DNA from: Heptranchias perlo | Taxonomy: Eukaryota | Length of the DNA: 64,000 bases | Direction of reading: 5' to 3' | Assembly: GCF_035084215.1 (NCBI RefSeq) | Contig: NC_090340.1 | Coordinates: forward strand, 17,918,001-17,982,000 | Part shown: one piece after another, positions 1-12,254 of the stretch | How the letters are laid out: each line of letters starts with the position of its first letter | Numbering within the stretch: the first letter of the stretch is position 1 | The notes under the pieces: model-generated | The model's database searches: none | What the model saw: only the letters and a program-made list of their open reading frames with translations | Told to the model about the DNA's origin: nothing | Program-made: the position numbers and the translations under genes

Positions 1-10
1 CCCACTGCTG

Positions 11-198
11 GGGAGGTAATTATAACTTTGGGCGATGGTGTAAAACGGGCAATATCAAATTAGCCACGCTTTATACACAAGGCCCCATCTTCCTTTACAT
101 TGAAGTCAATGAAAATAATAATTGGGAGAGATGTAAAATAGGCTGCCAATTCACTATCACCCGTGTTACACCATCGCACAAAGTCAAAATTATCCCCC
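11..198. mobile_element. Palindromic MITE-like element (~190 bp fold-back)
   Basis: Left arm ACTTTGGGCGATGGTGTAAAACGGG mirrors right arm CCCGTGTTACACCATCGCACAAAGT around a near-palindromic centre CATTGAAGTCAATG. Confidence 0.75.
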
Positions 199-844
199 CT
201 TAGTGTCTTATCAAAACCTGGTTTTGCGCTTAGAGTTGTCATGACTGTGATTAAAAAGTGTTTAGACCAGAGAACTGAGTGTTATCTGAAGGTGAAAATC
301 AGTCCTGAGCTGTTTAAACTCTCTCAATCATAGTATTCAACAATCAGGGAGTCTCTGAGCTTGGAACATCAATCTTTCAGTCAGTCAGAGTTTCCAGCCC
401 TAAAGCTAAAAAATGATGTTCCAGTCTGTGGAAGGACAGATTAGACCCAGTGCCTCCCAGCCCAGCAGCTGGCTGCTTCCCAGGTTAAGCTCTCAGTACC
501 CATGACATTTATTATATCATTGGGCGCGTGTATGAGTTTCCAGTCATTTGTCTGTTTGTAAACACCTTGTCCATGGATTAAACATCACACTTCTGCAGCC
601 CCCTCTCACAGTTAACTGTGTGAGCAAGTGCAGACCCCTCCCCTCATTTAACTGTGTGTGTGTGGGGGGGGGGGGTAAAGAACTACAGGCTGTTTAACTG
701 TGTGTGTATGTGTGTGTGTGCGTGTATTCATATCCTTCCCCTGTTCAACTGTGTGTGTGTGAAAGAAAAACTGCAGACATGTTCAACTGTATATATACAT
801 ACATACACGTGTGTGTAAGATGGAAAACTGCAGACCCCTTCTTC

Positions 845-1086
845 TGTTTGACCCATAAGCTTGCAATGAGGAGGCCCAGGGTTCTATATGTTAATTGTAT
901 GATTTATATCAATTAGTGTTAATTGTATTCAGGTAGTGGGTAGCAATTGGGGACTCTCTTGTATCCTTTTTATAGGAGAGCTGAGCTATGGTGTGTAGGG
1001 GCAATCTCTGTGAATAAAGGTTAGAAGCAACTAAAGACCAGGATCTAGTATTTGATCCTTCACTACATGGCTATCCAATTTTAGCA
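845..1086 (+). mobile_element. Probable solo LTR (decayed)
   Basis: TATA-like TTTTATA at ~968, AATAAA at ~1013, ends in ...CA. The 5' boundary is uncertain. Confidence 0.4.
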
Positions 1087-1100
1087 CTGTGGAGCATCTC

Positions 1101-1133
<33 letters not shown>

Positions 1134-1727
1134 GAGGTAAACGAGGGGAGGGAAGGAGAACTCTACAGTTACAAAGGTAGGGGGGAAATCTCTGTTTCAC
1201 AGTGCGACAGAGTTACTCTGCTGTGCTTTCAAGTCTTTTCTTTCACAGCCAGTGACAGTACCAACCAGCTGCAGCCTTAAGCAGCTTTCCACTTCCCTCC
1301 AAATATCTTGTACTCTTCAGTGTACTTATTGTAACTCATGGCAGGTGTGTTATTAGATTTATGGTGAGGAACTTGATGACTCACAACTCCCTTGTATATT
1401 TTGACTCACAGGAGACTTCATTTAATATCTGTGGTCTATGTGTCTGTTCTCTGTCTGATTCAGCAGTAGATGCATGTTAATGAGGATGGAAATCACCCGA
1501 GGGTGATAGGCAGAATGACAATCAAAATGAAGAGCAAGAAAGGCAGCTTATTACACGTGTCGATCTAATTAAGGGTGTTTAACACACGCACTCTAACCTG
1601 ACCCCACACTGAGGTCCTCCTTCTGTCGTGTTTTGCCAACAGAGTCAGCTCGGAATGCAGCTGGACCTTGAAAGGTCTGCTCTTGTGGACTAGTGTTGCC
1701 CCGTTTGAGCCAAAGGGCCTCGTAACT

Positions 1728-2075
1728 TCAAAAGCAAAATAATGCGGATGCTGGAAATCTGAAATAAAAACTGAAAATGCTAGGAAACACTCAGCAGGTC
1801 AGCCAGCATCTGTGGAGAGAGAAACAGAGTACATTTCAGGTCGATGATGTTAAGAGAGGAGCAGCTTTTAAGCAAATACAGAGTCAAGGAACGGGGAGTG
1901 GGGGGGGAAGGAAAGAACAAAAGGGAAAGGTCTGTGATAGGGTAGAGGGCAGGAGTCATTGAATGACAAAAGGATGATAGTGCAAGGCAAAAGGAGGTGA
2001 TAATTAGACAAGTATGGAAACAAAAGATGGGTCCAGATGAGGTGTAAATGGTTAGCGCAGAGTGGATGAGGAGTA
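1728..2075. mobile_element. Penelope-like element terminal fragment
   Basis: AAATGCTGGAAA..CTCAGCAGGTCAG(G/C)CAGCATCTGTGGAGAGAGAAACAG motif recurs at 16528-16605, ~53390-53510 and, inverted, at ~12430-12490. Confidence 0.6.
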
Positions 2076-2364
2076 CAGAAAATCTGGCAAAGCTGAGATG
2101 CTCTCCTGGAACGTGGCGGAAGAAAGGCAGGTAGGCCTCGGATGCGGACCATGACAGGAGATCGGGAGTTCCTGGAGAAATGGCTCAAAACGGTCATTTT
2201 CCCGTGGGCACCCCCGTAATCGCATTGAAGTTTCAGCAGGAGAATCCCTGCCAATTCCCAGGCCTTAGTGTTTTTTTGGTCAGTATTTTTCAGAAAATTC
2301 ATTCTGACCTTGCCACATGACGCTGTGAAACATTGGGTTTATTTGCAGATGACCTGAATTCATG

Positions 2365-4620
2365 GTATCATAGTAGGTAAGGCGCAGGAGGAGGCTATTC
2401 GGCCCATCGTGCCTGTGCCGGCTCTTTGAAAGAGCTATCCAAGTCCCATTCCCCTGCTCTTTCCCCATAGTTCTGTAAATTTTTTCCCTTCAAGAATTTA
2501 TACAATTCACTTTTGAAAGTTACTATTGAATCTGCTTCCACCACCCTTTCAGGCAGTGCATTCCAGATCATAACAACTCGCTGCATAAAAAAGTGTTTCC
2601 TCATGTTGCCCCTGGCTCTTTTGCCGATCACCTTAAATCTGTGTTCTTTAGTTACTGACCCTTCTGCCACTGGAAACAGTTTCACCTTATTTACTCTATC
2701 AAAACCGTTCATGATTTTGAACACCTCTATCAAATCTCCCCTTAACCTTCTCTGTTCTAAGGAGAACAATCCCAGTTTATCCAGTCTCTCCACATAACTG
2801 AAGTCTTTCATCCTTGGTACTATTCTAGTAAATCTCTTCTGCACCCTCTCAAATCCCTTGACATCCTTTGTAAAGTGTGGTGCCCAGAATTGAACAGAAT
2901 ACTCCCACTGAGGCCTAACCAGTGTTTTATAAAGCTTTAGCATAAATTTTGAATTCTATGCCTCTGTTAATAAAGCCCAGGATCCCATGTGTTTTTTTAA
3001 CAGCCTTCTCAACTTGTCCTGCCACCTACAAAGATTTGTCTATGTGCACCCCCAGGTCTCTCTGCTTCTGCACCCCCTTTAAAATTGTACCATTTAGTTT
3101 ATATTGCCTCTCCTCATTCTTCCTACCAAAATGTATCACTTCACACTTCTCTGCATTAAATTTTATCTGTCACGTGTTTGCCCAATTCACCAGTCTGTCT
3201 ATGTCCTCCTGAAATCTGTTACTATCGTCCACATTATTCACTATATTTCCGAGTCTCATGTCATCTGCAAACTTTGAAAGCAAACATGCAGGTGCAGCAA
3301 GCAGTTAGGAAGGCAAATGGTATGTTGGCCTTCATTGCAAGAGGATTTGAGTACAGGAGCAAGTTATGTCTTACTGCAGTTATACAGGGCCTTGGTGAGA
3401 CCACACCTGGAGTATTTTGTGCAGCTTTGGTCTCCTTACCTAAGAAAGGATATACTTGCCATAGAGGGATTGCAACTAAGGTTCACCAGACTGATCCATG
3501 GGATGGCAGGACTGTCGTATGAGGAGAGATTGGGTCGACTCCATCTGTATTCACTCGAGTTTAGAAGAATGAGAGGGGATCTCATTGAAACATATAAAAT
3601 TCTGGCAGGACTAGACAGATTAGATGCAGAGAGGATGTGTCCCCTGGCTGGGGGGTCCAGAACGAGGGGTCACGGTCTCAGGACTGAGATGAGGAGAAAT
3701 TTCTTCACTCAGGTGGTGAACCTGTGGAATTCTCTATCACAGAAGGCTGTGGAGGCCAAGTCACTGAATATGTTTAAGAAGGAGCTAGATAGATTTATAG
3801 ACACAAAAGGCATCAAGGGGTATGGGGAGAGAGCGGGAATATGGTATTGAGATAGAGGATCAGCCATGATCATATTGAATGGTGGAGCAGGCTCGAAGGG
3901 CTGAAAGGCCTACTCCTGCTCCTAATTTCTATGTTTCTATGTTTGAAATTATACCCAAGTCCAGGTCATAAATATATACCAAAAAGAACAGTGGTCCTAA
4001 TACCGATCCTGGGAAACACCACTATATACTTCCCTCCAGTCTGAAAAACAACTGTTCACCATTACTCTCTGCTTTCTGTTCTCTAGCCAATTTTGCATCC
4101 ATGCTGCCACTGTCCCTTTCATTTTGCTAACATGTCTATTATGTGGTACTTTATCAAATGCCTTTTGAAAGTCCATATACACCACATCAATCACACTACC
4201 CTCATCAACTCTCTCTGTTACTTCATCAAAGAACTCAATCAAGTTAGTCAAACACGATTTTCCTTTGACAAATCCATGCTGACTTTTATTTATTACTTTT
4301 CCAAGTATCAATTAATTTTGTCCCAGATTATTGTCTCTAAAAGTTTCCCCACTACCGATGTTAGGCTGACTGGCCTGTAATTGCCAGGTTTATCCCTCTC
4401 CCCTTTTTTGAACAGGGATGTAACATTTGCAATCCTCCAGTCCTCCGGCACCATCCCCATATCTAAGGAGGATTGGAAGATTGTGGCCAGAGCCTTTGCG
4501 ATTTCCACCCTTACTTCCCTCAGTAACCTAGGATGCATCCCATCTGGACCAGGTGACTTTTCTACTTTGAGTACTGCCAACCTTTTAAGTACCTCCTTTA
4601 TCTATTTTTATCCTATCCAA
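2365..4620 (-). mobile_element. CR1-type LINE, decayed RT region to 3' end, interrupted by a second CR1
   Basis: ORF fragments KSPGPDGMHPRLLRE, PGNYRPVSLTSVVGK, VYMDFQKAFDKVPH and LYKTLVRPQWEYSVQFWAPH, with frameshifts. Confidence 0.92.
3280..3941 (+). mobile_element. 5'-truncated CR1 LINE nested in the opposite orientation; 7-bp TSD TTTGAAA
   Basis: LYRALVRPHLEYFVQLWSPYL peptide; (TTTCTATG)2 tail; TTTGAAA at 3273-3279 and 3942-3948. Confidence 0.92.
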
Positions 4621-4751
4621 TATCACTACTACCTCCTCCAGGTTCCTCAGCTTCAGCTCCTCCCTAACATTAACTGTTGCTCTGAAGTGGATGAGGGGAA
4701 GACTGGGAAAGGAATATATGAATGTATGTCCTGTAGAATCATAGAATCTTA

Positions 4752-5640
4752 CAACAACAGCTTGCATTTATATAGCGCCTTTAACGTAGTAAAACATCAT
4801 TTAACGTAGTAAAAGGTGCTTCATAAGAGCGTTATCAAACAAAATTGGACAATGAGCCATATAGGAGATATTAGGACAGGTGACCAAAAACTTGGTCAAA
4901 GAGTTAGGTTTTAAGAAGTGTCTTAAAGGAGGAGAGAGAGGTAGAGAGGCAGAAAGGTTTAGGGATGGAATTCCAGAGCTTAGGGCCTAAGCAACTGAAG
5001 GCACGGCCGCCAATGGTGGAGTGATTAAAATCGGGGATGCGCAAGAGGCCAGAATTGGAGGAGCGCAGAGATCTCGGAGCATTGTAGGACTGGAGGAGGT
5101 TACAGAAATAGGGAGGGGCGAGGCCATGGAGGGATTTGAAAACAAGGATGAGAATTTTAAAATTGAGGTGTTGCCTGACCAGGAGCCAATGTAGCTCAGC
5201 GAGCACAGGAGTGATGGGTGAACAGGATTTGTTGCGAGTTAGGATACAGGCAGCAGAGTTTTCGATGAGCTCAAGTTTATGGAGGGTGGGAGATGGGAGG
5301 CCAGCCAGGAGAGCATTGGAATAGTCAAGTCTAGAAGTAACAAAGGCACTGATGAGGGCTTCAGCAGCAGATTAGCTGTGGCAGGGGCAGAGACGGGCGA
5401 TGTTACAGAGGTGGAAGTAGGCGGTCTTGGTGATGTGTGGTCAGAAGCTCATCTCAGGGTCAAATAGGACACCAAGGTTGCAAACGATCTGGTTCAGCCT
5501 CAGATAGTGGCCAGGGAGAGGTGGCTAGGGAACAGAGTTTGAGACTGGGACCGAAGACAATAGCTTCGGTCTTCCCAATATTTAGTTGGAGGAAATTTCT
5601 GCTCATCCAATACTGGATGTCGGACAAGCAGTGTGACAAA
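4752..5640 (-). mobile_element. L2-type LINE 3' portion
   Basis: Peptides WMSRNFLQLNIGKTEAIVFG, ELHWLLVRQHLNFKIL and GGRAFSCLGPKLWNSIP; tail GCGCTATATAAATGCAAGCTG(TTG)n. Confidence 0.9.
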
Positions 5641-5724
5641 TCAGAGGCATTCGGCCCATCGTGCCTGTGCCGGGTCTTCAAAAGAGCTATCCAATTAGTC
5701 CTACGCCCCTGCTCTTCCCTCATA

Positions 5725-5902
5725 ATGTGGAGATGCCGGTGATGGACTGGGGTGGACAAATGTAAGGAATCTTACAACACCAGGTTATAGTCCAACAGTT
5801 TTATTTGAAAATCACAAGCTTTCGGAGGTTTTCTCCTTCGTCACCTGTGATTTTCAAATAAAACTGTTGGACTATAACCTGGTGTTGTAAGATTCCTTAC
5901 AT
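5725..5902. mobile_element. Penelope-derived fold-back insertion with a perfect 57-bp inverted repeat and ~11-bp TSD
   Basis: 5760-5816 is the exact reverse complement of 5846-5902. Flanked by CTTCCCTCATA (5714-5724) and CTTTCCTCATA (5903-5913); inserted in a CR1 3' end. Confidence 0.8.
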
Positions 5903-6465
5903 CTTTCCTCATAGCCCTGCAATTTCTTCCTTTTCACTGGCTCAAATCAAGCTGGATTGGTAAGGTGCTACGAGCAGTCAGTTTTTCCTGGGCCAGGTTG
6001 TTTGTATAATTATTCACAGCTCTAAATAAGGATTTGAATGTGGCACTAATGGTGGGATCGGAAAATTGCGATTCAAGTGAAATTTAAAGGGACGTGGACA
6101 ATTAGAGGGGAGTGAGAGAATAGTGGGACAGAAATCCCTTCCAACCTCTGGAAAGGCTCGAAAGACATTTTAACTCAATAGCAGTCTTTGCCAAGGGGCG
6201 AAGAGTACGACATGACAGGTAAAATTAAAGGTAAAAGAAATGTGATGTGGAGATGCGTGTCTGCAGGTAGGTGACAGAGCAGCCCAGCACCTGAATCCCA
6301 CCCCTCCCTGTTTGATGGCTGCTGAAGTGGAGGTGATGCCGTGAGGATAGTGGCCTTGTTTGCCACTCCATACCACTATCCTCATAGCTCAGCCCTGGAG
6401 GATGTCTGGAGGGAGGTGGAGACCTGCTAAAGGCTGCAGCTTATTGGTACTGTCACTGGCTGTGA

Positions 6466-6790
6466 AAGACTTGCATTTATATAGCGCCTTTCATCACCAA
6501 ATCACTTGGTCATCCCAAATTACTTTACAGCCAATGAAGTACTTTCAAAATGTAGTCACTGTTGGAATGTAGGAAACGCGGCAGCCAATTTGCGCACAGC
6601 AAGATCCCACAAACAGCATTCTGATAAATGACCAGATCATCTTATTTTAGTGATGTTGGTTAAGGAATAAATATTGGTCAGGACACCGGGGAGAACTCCC
6701 CTGCTCTTCTTTGAAATAGTGCCATGGAATTTTCCATCCCTGGGGTCTCAGTTTAACCTCTCATCCAAAAGACGGATGCGCCAGCCCTAT
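6466..6790 (-). mobile_element. tRNA-derived Deu-domain SINE (SacSINE1-like), partial
   Basis: Same sequence family as the full-length copies at 14310-14762 and 60726-61152. Confidence 0.8.
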
Positions 6791-7467
6791 GGTGTAAGTT
6801 AGCTGCAGATATCCTTGCAACAGATGGCACAGCTATGCATCCGGCTGTCCACTGATCTCAGAGTCCGTGAGGGCAGATCCCTGTGGCCACTGTTAGACAG
6901 GTTTGCCTGGACATACAGATACAGCCGGTGGCACCCTTGCGTGTGTGGTCAATCGGGCTGTGCTGGCTGTTGACCAGCCTGGTGTGCCTCCTAGGACAGG
7001 AAACTGGCAGAGTGTCAACCCATTGATGGTTTCAGTACCTGAGTCACACTCTACAGGCCCTACTGTGGCCCTGTATATATGCGCGTGTAAATTCCTGGAG
7101 GGGCCTCGGACAGGAGCGACCAGGAAGAGTTTGTGATGCTGTTTCAATCAGTAGCACAATCCCCACTCGGGAACACTTGGCCCCTGATTTTTGGAAAAAC
7201 TGAGCACAATTGGGGTGTTAACAACTCGGAAATGCAGGCAGAGATCGGCTGCTCTCAATCTCCACCCACACTGCACATCATGCACAATCTCAGTGGGCAT
7301 TTTTCAACGGTGCAAGAGCTCCTCATGTTTCTGGCAACGCTCCTCACACCCACCCTCAAGCATCACCAGTTGTAACACAGGGGGTCGGGCACTGGGCTGT
7401 GCAATTACTTGCCCACAGACTCGTTTCATGGCTCCACGTGGGTTTCCTTTCAAAAGAAAGACTTCAT

Positions 7468-7625
7468 AGTATCATAGCAGGTACAGCACTGGAAGAGGCC
7501 ATTTGGCCCATTGTGCCTGTGCTGGCTCTTTGAAAGAGTTTTCCATTTAGTCTCATTCCCCTGTAAATTTTTTCCCTTCAAGTATTTATCTAATTCCCTT
7601 TTGGGAGTTGCTATTGAATCTGCTT
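7468..7625 (-). mobile_element. CR1 LINE 3'-end fragment
   Basis: GGCCATTTGGCCCATTGTGCCTGTGCTGGCTCTTTGAAAGAG, shared with the other CR1 tails in the window. Confidence 0.75.
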
Positions 7626-8065
7626 GTACTTATATCACTCCTTTTGCGACCTCAGGACATCCCAAAGCTCTTTACATCCAATGGAGTAACTTTTGAAGTG
7701 TAGTCACTGTTTTAAAGTAGGAAACGCGGCAGCCGATTTGCACACAGCAAGGTCCCACAAACAGCAATGAGATAATGACCGGGTAATCTGTTTTGGTGAT
7801 GTTGGTTGAGGGATAAATATTGGCCAGGACACTGGGGAGAACTCCCCTGCTCTTTTTTGAATAGTGCCATGGGATCTTTAATGTCCACCTGAGAGGGTAG
7901 ACAGGGTCTCGGTTTAACGTCTCATCCAAAAGACGGCGCTCCTTTAGTACTGCATTGGGAGCATCAACCTGGATTTTGTGCTCAAGTCTCTGGAGCGGGG
8001 CTTGAATTCATGACTTTCTAATTCAGATGCTAGAGTGCTACCCACTGAACCAAGGCCGACACCTT
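7626..8065 (-). mobile_element. tRNA/Deu-domain SINE, near full length
   Basis: High similarity to the other copies. Confidence 0.85.
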
Positions 8066-8936
8066 GGTTCAGTCTTGTTTGGCATCTCTTTCCCCTCTCC
8101 CCCATTCAGCCTGGGAAAGGCTGCCAGCAGGTTGAAAATCCGTTTGAATCTTTCTAAAGGCTTTGAGGATTAAGGAATTTCTCAATTTGCCTGATCCTCC
8201 ATTCGGCCACCTCGCTGCACAAGGCCAAAGCTGCGCTGGCGGCTGTGAACAATGGTGGGAACGAGCCAACTGTGGAGAGTTGCAAGCAGTCAGCGCACTA
8301 CACTCTAAATGGTTGTCACTGTTATGGTCACTGAGGGCCAAACTTTACCACGGCTCTAAAATCCACTCTTTCCTGTCACTGAGTAACTTTAACCACTGCA
8401 CCTTTGACTGAACCCATTCAAAGCTGAGGCCTTGTCAGGAATTGCATAAATGACTCCCATGAGGAGAACTCAAAGGTCCTTCCCTCCCCGCTGTGTTCTG
8501 CTAGCCCGTTACCCAGATGTGTGTGATCACTGGTAGCCTGACCTCTGCGCAGATGAAGGATTTACTGAATAATCATATCTACGTGAGCACTCTAAGCTGC
8601 TTTGCTGCCTGCTTTAAATAATGAAAGAGAAGGCCCCTTTTATTTTGGCCTTCTGGGCGCAGAATGTAATTACGAACCTCAGAAACTGGATCCAGATGCC
8701 GCCTGCTCAGTTGGAATTCCCAATAATTCAGTGTGTTGGTGCTTTACATTCAATGGATTAAATGGCTTTCTCAGAGCAGTAGAGAGCGATCAGGTTGCAG
8801 ACGCTATTGCTTGTATAGTTTCTAATCCTCTGCTTCACCTTGTGATTACCAGAGTAGCTTTTCGGAACAGGAGCTTGGTAGCTGAAGCAATAATTTAGCT
8901 TGAGCCTTTGACCCCTGATTGGGCAGGGAGGCTCTT

Positions 8937-9030
8937 GCCCCGATTTTAACCTGACCAACCCGGGTGTAAAGTGGGCGTCTGACCTAAACCCGCCCCCTTC
9001 CTGCTAGGCGAGTTAGGTTAAAATCGGGGC
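8937..9030. mobile_element. 94-bp MITE with perfect 16-bp TIRs
   Basis: GCCCCGATTTTAACCT ... AGGTTAAAATCGGGGC, flanked by direct repeat TCTT (or CTCTTG if the TIR is taken as 15 bp). Confidence 0.8.
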
Positions 9031-11589
9031 TCTTGTCTTTCAGTGTAGTCTTAGGTAAACACTGTCTAGACTAAGATGGGGCATTTAGAGTGGGAACAAA
9101 ATAACTAACGAGAGTGAGAATGAAGACAAGGGAGATAATCTGAGAATGAGAGAGAACATAAACTGGTGGGAGGGGGGAAAGAGAATCCATAGTGAAAGTG
9201 TTTGCATGTGTCACTTATAATGAGTAGGCACCATATTTAAACATTTAGCAAACCTTTTGGGGCTCGGGGATGTAAATGAGTATTGTTGTCATTTTCAGCA
9301 CATTAATGCCACAAGTGAGTGATAAAATGATTCATTTCAACCCAATTCATGTTATCACTGTATGTATAAAAAGTGAGAAGAGGCATACTTGCATGAAGAG
9401 AATGCATGTCTTTTTAGTTTGAGTCAAAAAAATGAGTTAATCAGACTGAGGAGATCTTGGTGGGAGACGGAGGGCCACTGCCTTGTTCAGTAGCTGGTGA
9501 GTTATTTCAGGGCTCCTATTAATTCCTGGGATTTAACTTTATAAAATGCTGATGGCCGTATAAATGAGGGAACGGGGGAAATGGAAACATTGATTTTCTT
9601 GCAGCTTACTATACCAATCACTCAATCTGTGATTGTAGAATACATCTTCTCTAATTGGCCACCTCTCCCTAGAGTGGCGGAAAATGTTGAAGGACCTCGC
9701 CATGATGGCTGACTTGTACGTTACATCCCCTCGGAGTTCTCAAGACTGCAGCACCTCCAACAGACGGATTCCTTTGTCTCAAACAATGTCATCTCTCAGC
9801 CTAATGAGGCCCCAAGAACATACCTGCTGGATACAGTCGATTTATCATACAGAGTATCACTGTTCCAATGTGGAAGAGCCTGGAAGTGAGCCTCAACTAG
9901 AGTAGGGTCCTCTGTACAGAGCCAGTCAGGAACTAGTTTAAGAAAAGTGAGGCCTTCATTAGGGCGCCATTTCCCCCTCCTCAGAGCCTGTGCCCTAAAA
10001 GCCAACTGCCATCGAGCGAGAAAGCCCCATCAGTCACTGGGTGGGGGGGGGGTGGTGTGGAAGCAGGCACAGGTTAACTCTCATGCAACTCAAAGCTACA
10101 ATCCTCGAAAGAATCCATCAAACTGCCAGTGGACCTAGCATCAGGCTCGGCACAGAACGTTCTTCGCAGGCTGATTAATTAGAAGTGCCAGGAGCAGCAC
10201 ATTATTGTGTTAAAGTAATCTAAAGAAGATAAAGTGGTCTAGCCTGAAGAACCTCAGCAGGAACAGAACTGCCGGTGTTTTGCTCAGCTCTTCCAGCAGT
10301 CTCTCGTACAAAGTGGAGCCAGCTACGTTATCACCATCAAACGCCCAAAGGGATCTGTCAGAATACTAAAATAGATAATTACATGAATATAGAGTGATGT
10401 TAAAGAGCTCCAACCCCACTGCTAATTCATATAGTACATAGTGATTATTTACACTAGAGGAGCTCCCGTGGTGGCGCTCATGATGAGTCGGGGGAAGCGC
10501 TCCTTCATAACAATAGAGGGGTTTTATTTCAGGTCCAGTGGTGCATGGTGACGGAATAAGTCCAATTCTGATTTTATTAATGGGTGAAGGATTTTTACCA
10601 GTGCTTTGAAGATCAGGTTCTGCAACCATTTATAAATGAGTGACATTGATTACTGTTATAGGTTCCTTTTCCTATTTATTTGATTTTTTTAAATTTCTTA
10701 TTTGTTTTAAAGCCCAGGATACATAAGAAGATTTGTAGGTAACATGCAGGTAGTATGTAGGGTTTAGTGGGGATGGGGATGGGGTTGCGAGGTTTTGGAG
10801 CCGTTTTAGTAAGGAGTGGGGGGGGGGTAGTTGGGCTTTGGTAGAGTTGGTGTCAGTGTATGGCAATACTTTGGAGAATGAACCAATGGCTTGGTAGCAC
10901 GGGCGTGAATGTGGAGTTTGATTGACTGGGTTATTCTTGGGATCTGGCAGTACTGGAGTATGATGGTGCTGAGGTATAAAGCACTGAAGGGGATCCTGTC
11001 AGTACTGTGAGGGGCCCAGAGTCTGGTAGAACTGGGGACAAAGCAGTTTGGTTGCACTGCAGAAGGTCTGGCAGCATAGGAGAGCTGGTTCCTGGGATCT
11101 TGTAGCGTTGGGTTTGTCAGAGGATCCTGGGATATGACAGCACTGGGGGGGGGGAATAAAAGGATCGGAGTGTCTATTGGCACCACTGTGTCTGCCAATG
11201 AGTTGGAGGCGGAGCAGAACATACGGCAAACAATGTAGGAAAAGGATGTAAACACCGGGTAATTGTGTGGACACTTAAGAGAATTAGAGCCTAATTTTAA
11301 TCTAATTATCTGAAAACCAGTGGGCGTTTCAGGCTCTGGTACAAAACTCAATTGGAAACTGGACGGGGCAGTAAATGGGTGAAACTTTGCCATAATAGGA
11401 TCTTTGCCCACTTATCTGACTAATTATGCCCATTAAAAGGGTGTAACCAATCAGTAAATCTACCCTTGTGTGTACCAGAGTCGCACTTGGTTCTGGTCTG
11501 TCACTGAGGGCATGAATCGCGCCCGGTTTAAATGCTGACAGTAAATTGTAGTACTCAGCAAAAGTGCAGAGACATTGATAAAACACAGA

Positions 11590-12015
11590 GGAGTGTGTGG
11601 AGAGACTTGAGAAGCTGGGGTTGTTATCCTTAGAGCAGAGAAGGTTAAGGGGAGATTTGATAAAGCTGTTCAAAATTATGAGGGGTTTTGATAGAGTAGA
11701 TAGGGAGAAACTGTTTCCACTGGCAGGAGGGTCGATAACCAAAGGACACACCTGGTGAATAAGAACCACAGGGAAGATGATGAGAAATCTATTTACGCAG
11801 AGAGTTGTTATGATCTTTAATGCACTGCCTGAAAGGGTGGTGGAAGCAGATTCAATAGTAACTTTCAAAAGCAAATTAGATATATACTTGAAAAGGAAAC
11901 AATTGCAGGGCTATGGGGAAAGTGTGGGGGCAGTGCTACTAATTGGATAGCTCTTTCAAAGCGCCGGCACAGGCATGATGGGCTGAATGGCCTCCTTTTG
12001 TATTTTAAGATTCTA
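11590..12015 (+). mobile_element. CR1 LINE 3' fragment
   Basis: Reverse-complement counterpart of 2395-2800 (LEKLGLLSLEQRRLRGDLI region plus 3'UTR). Confidence 0.85.
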
Positions 12016-12254
12016 CGAGTTGATGAGTCTGAGGCTGCCCTGTGTGACACTCTTTGATATCTCCTTCATTGCTCCATGCAGCCTTTGCATTGTATTGTTT
12101 GGTATGGTCTGCTGAAAATGTTAGAGGTTTCAAACATCCAATGATCTCTTTTAGACAGGCACCAACAGATGTGAAAAATATTTTATTGTAGTGAAATTTG
12201 AGATGGCGTCTGGAGGGGGAAGGAGCATGAAGGATGAATTCAAGTAAGCACTCC

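Noticed and set aside
10366-11411. 201-aa and 87-aa minus-strand ORFs
   Set aside because: No recognisable motifs in the frames I translated; G-rich low-complexity sequence, possibly an old DNA-transposon remnant.
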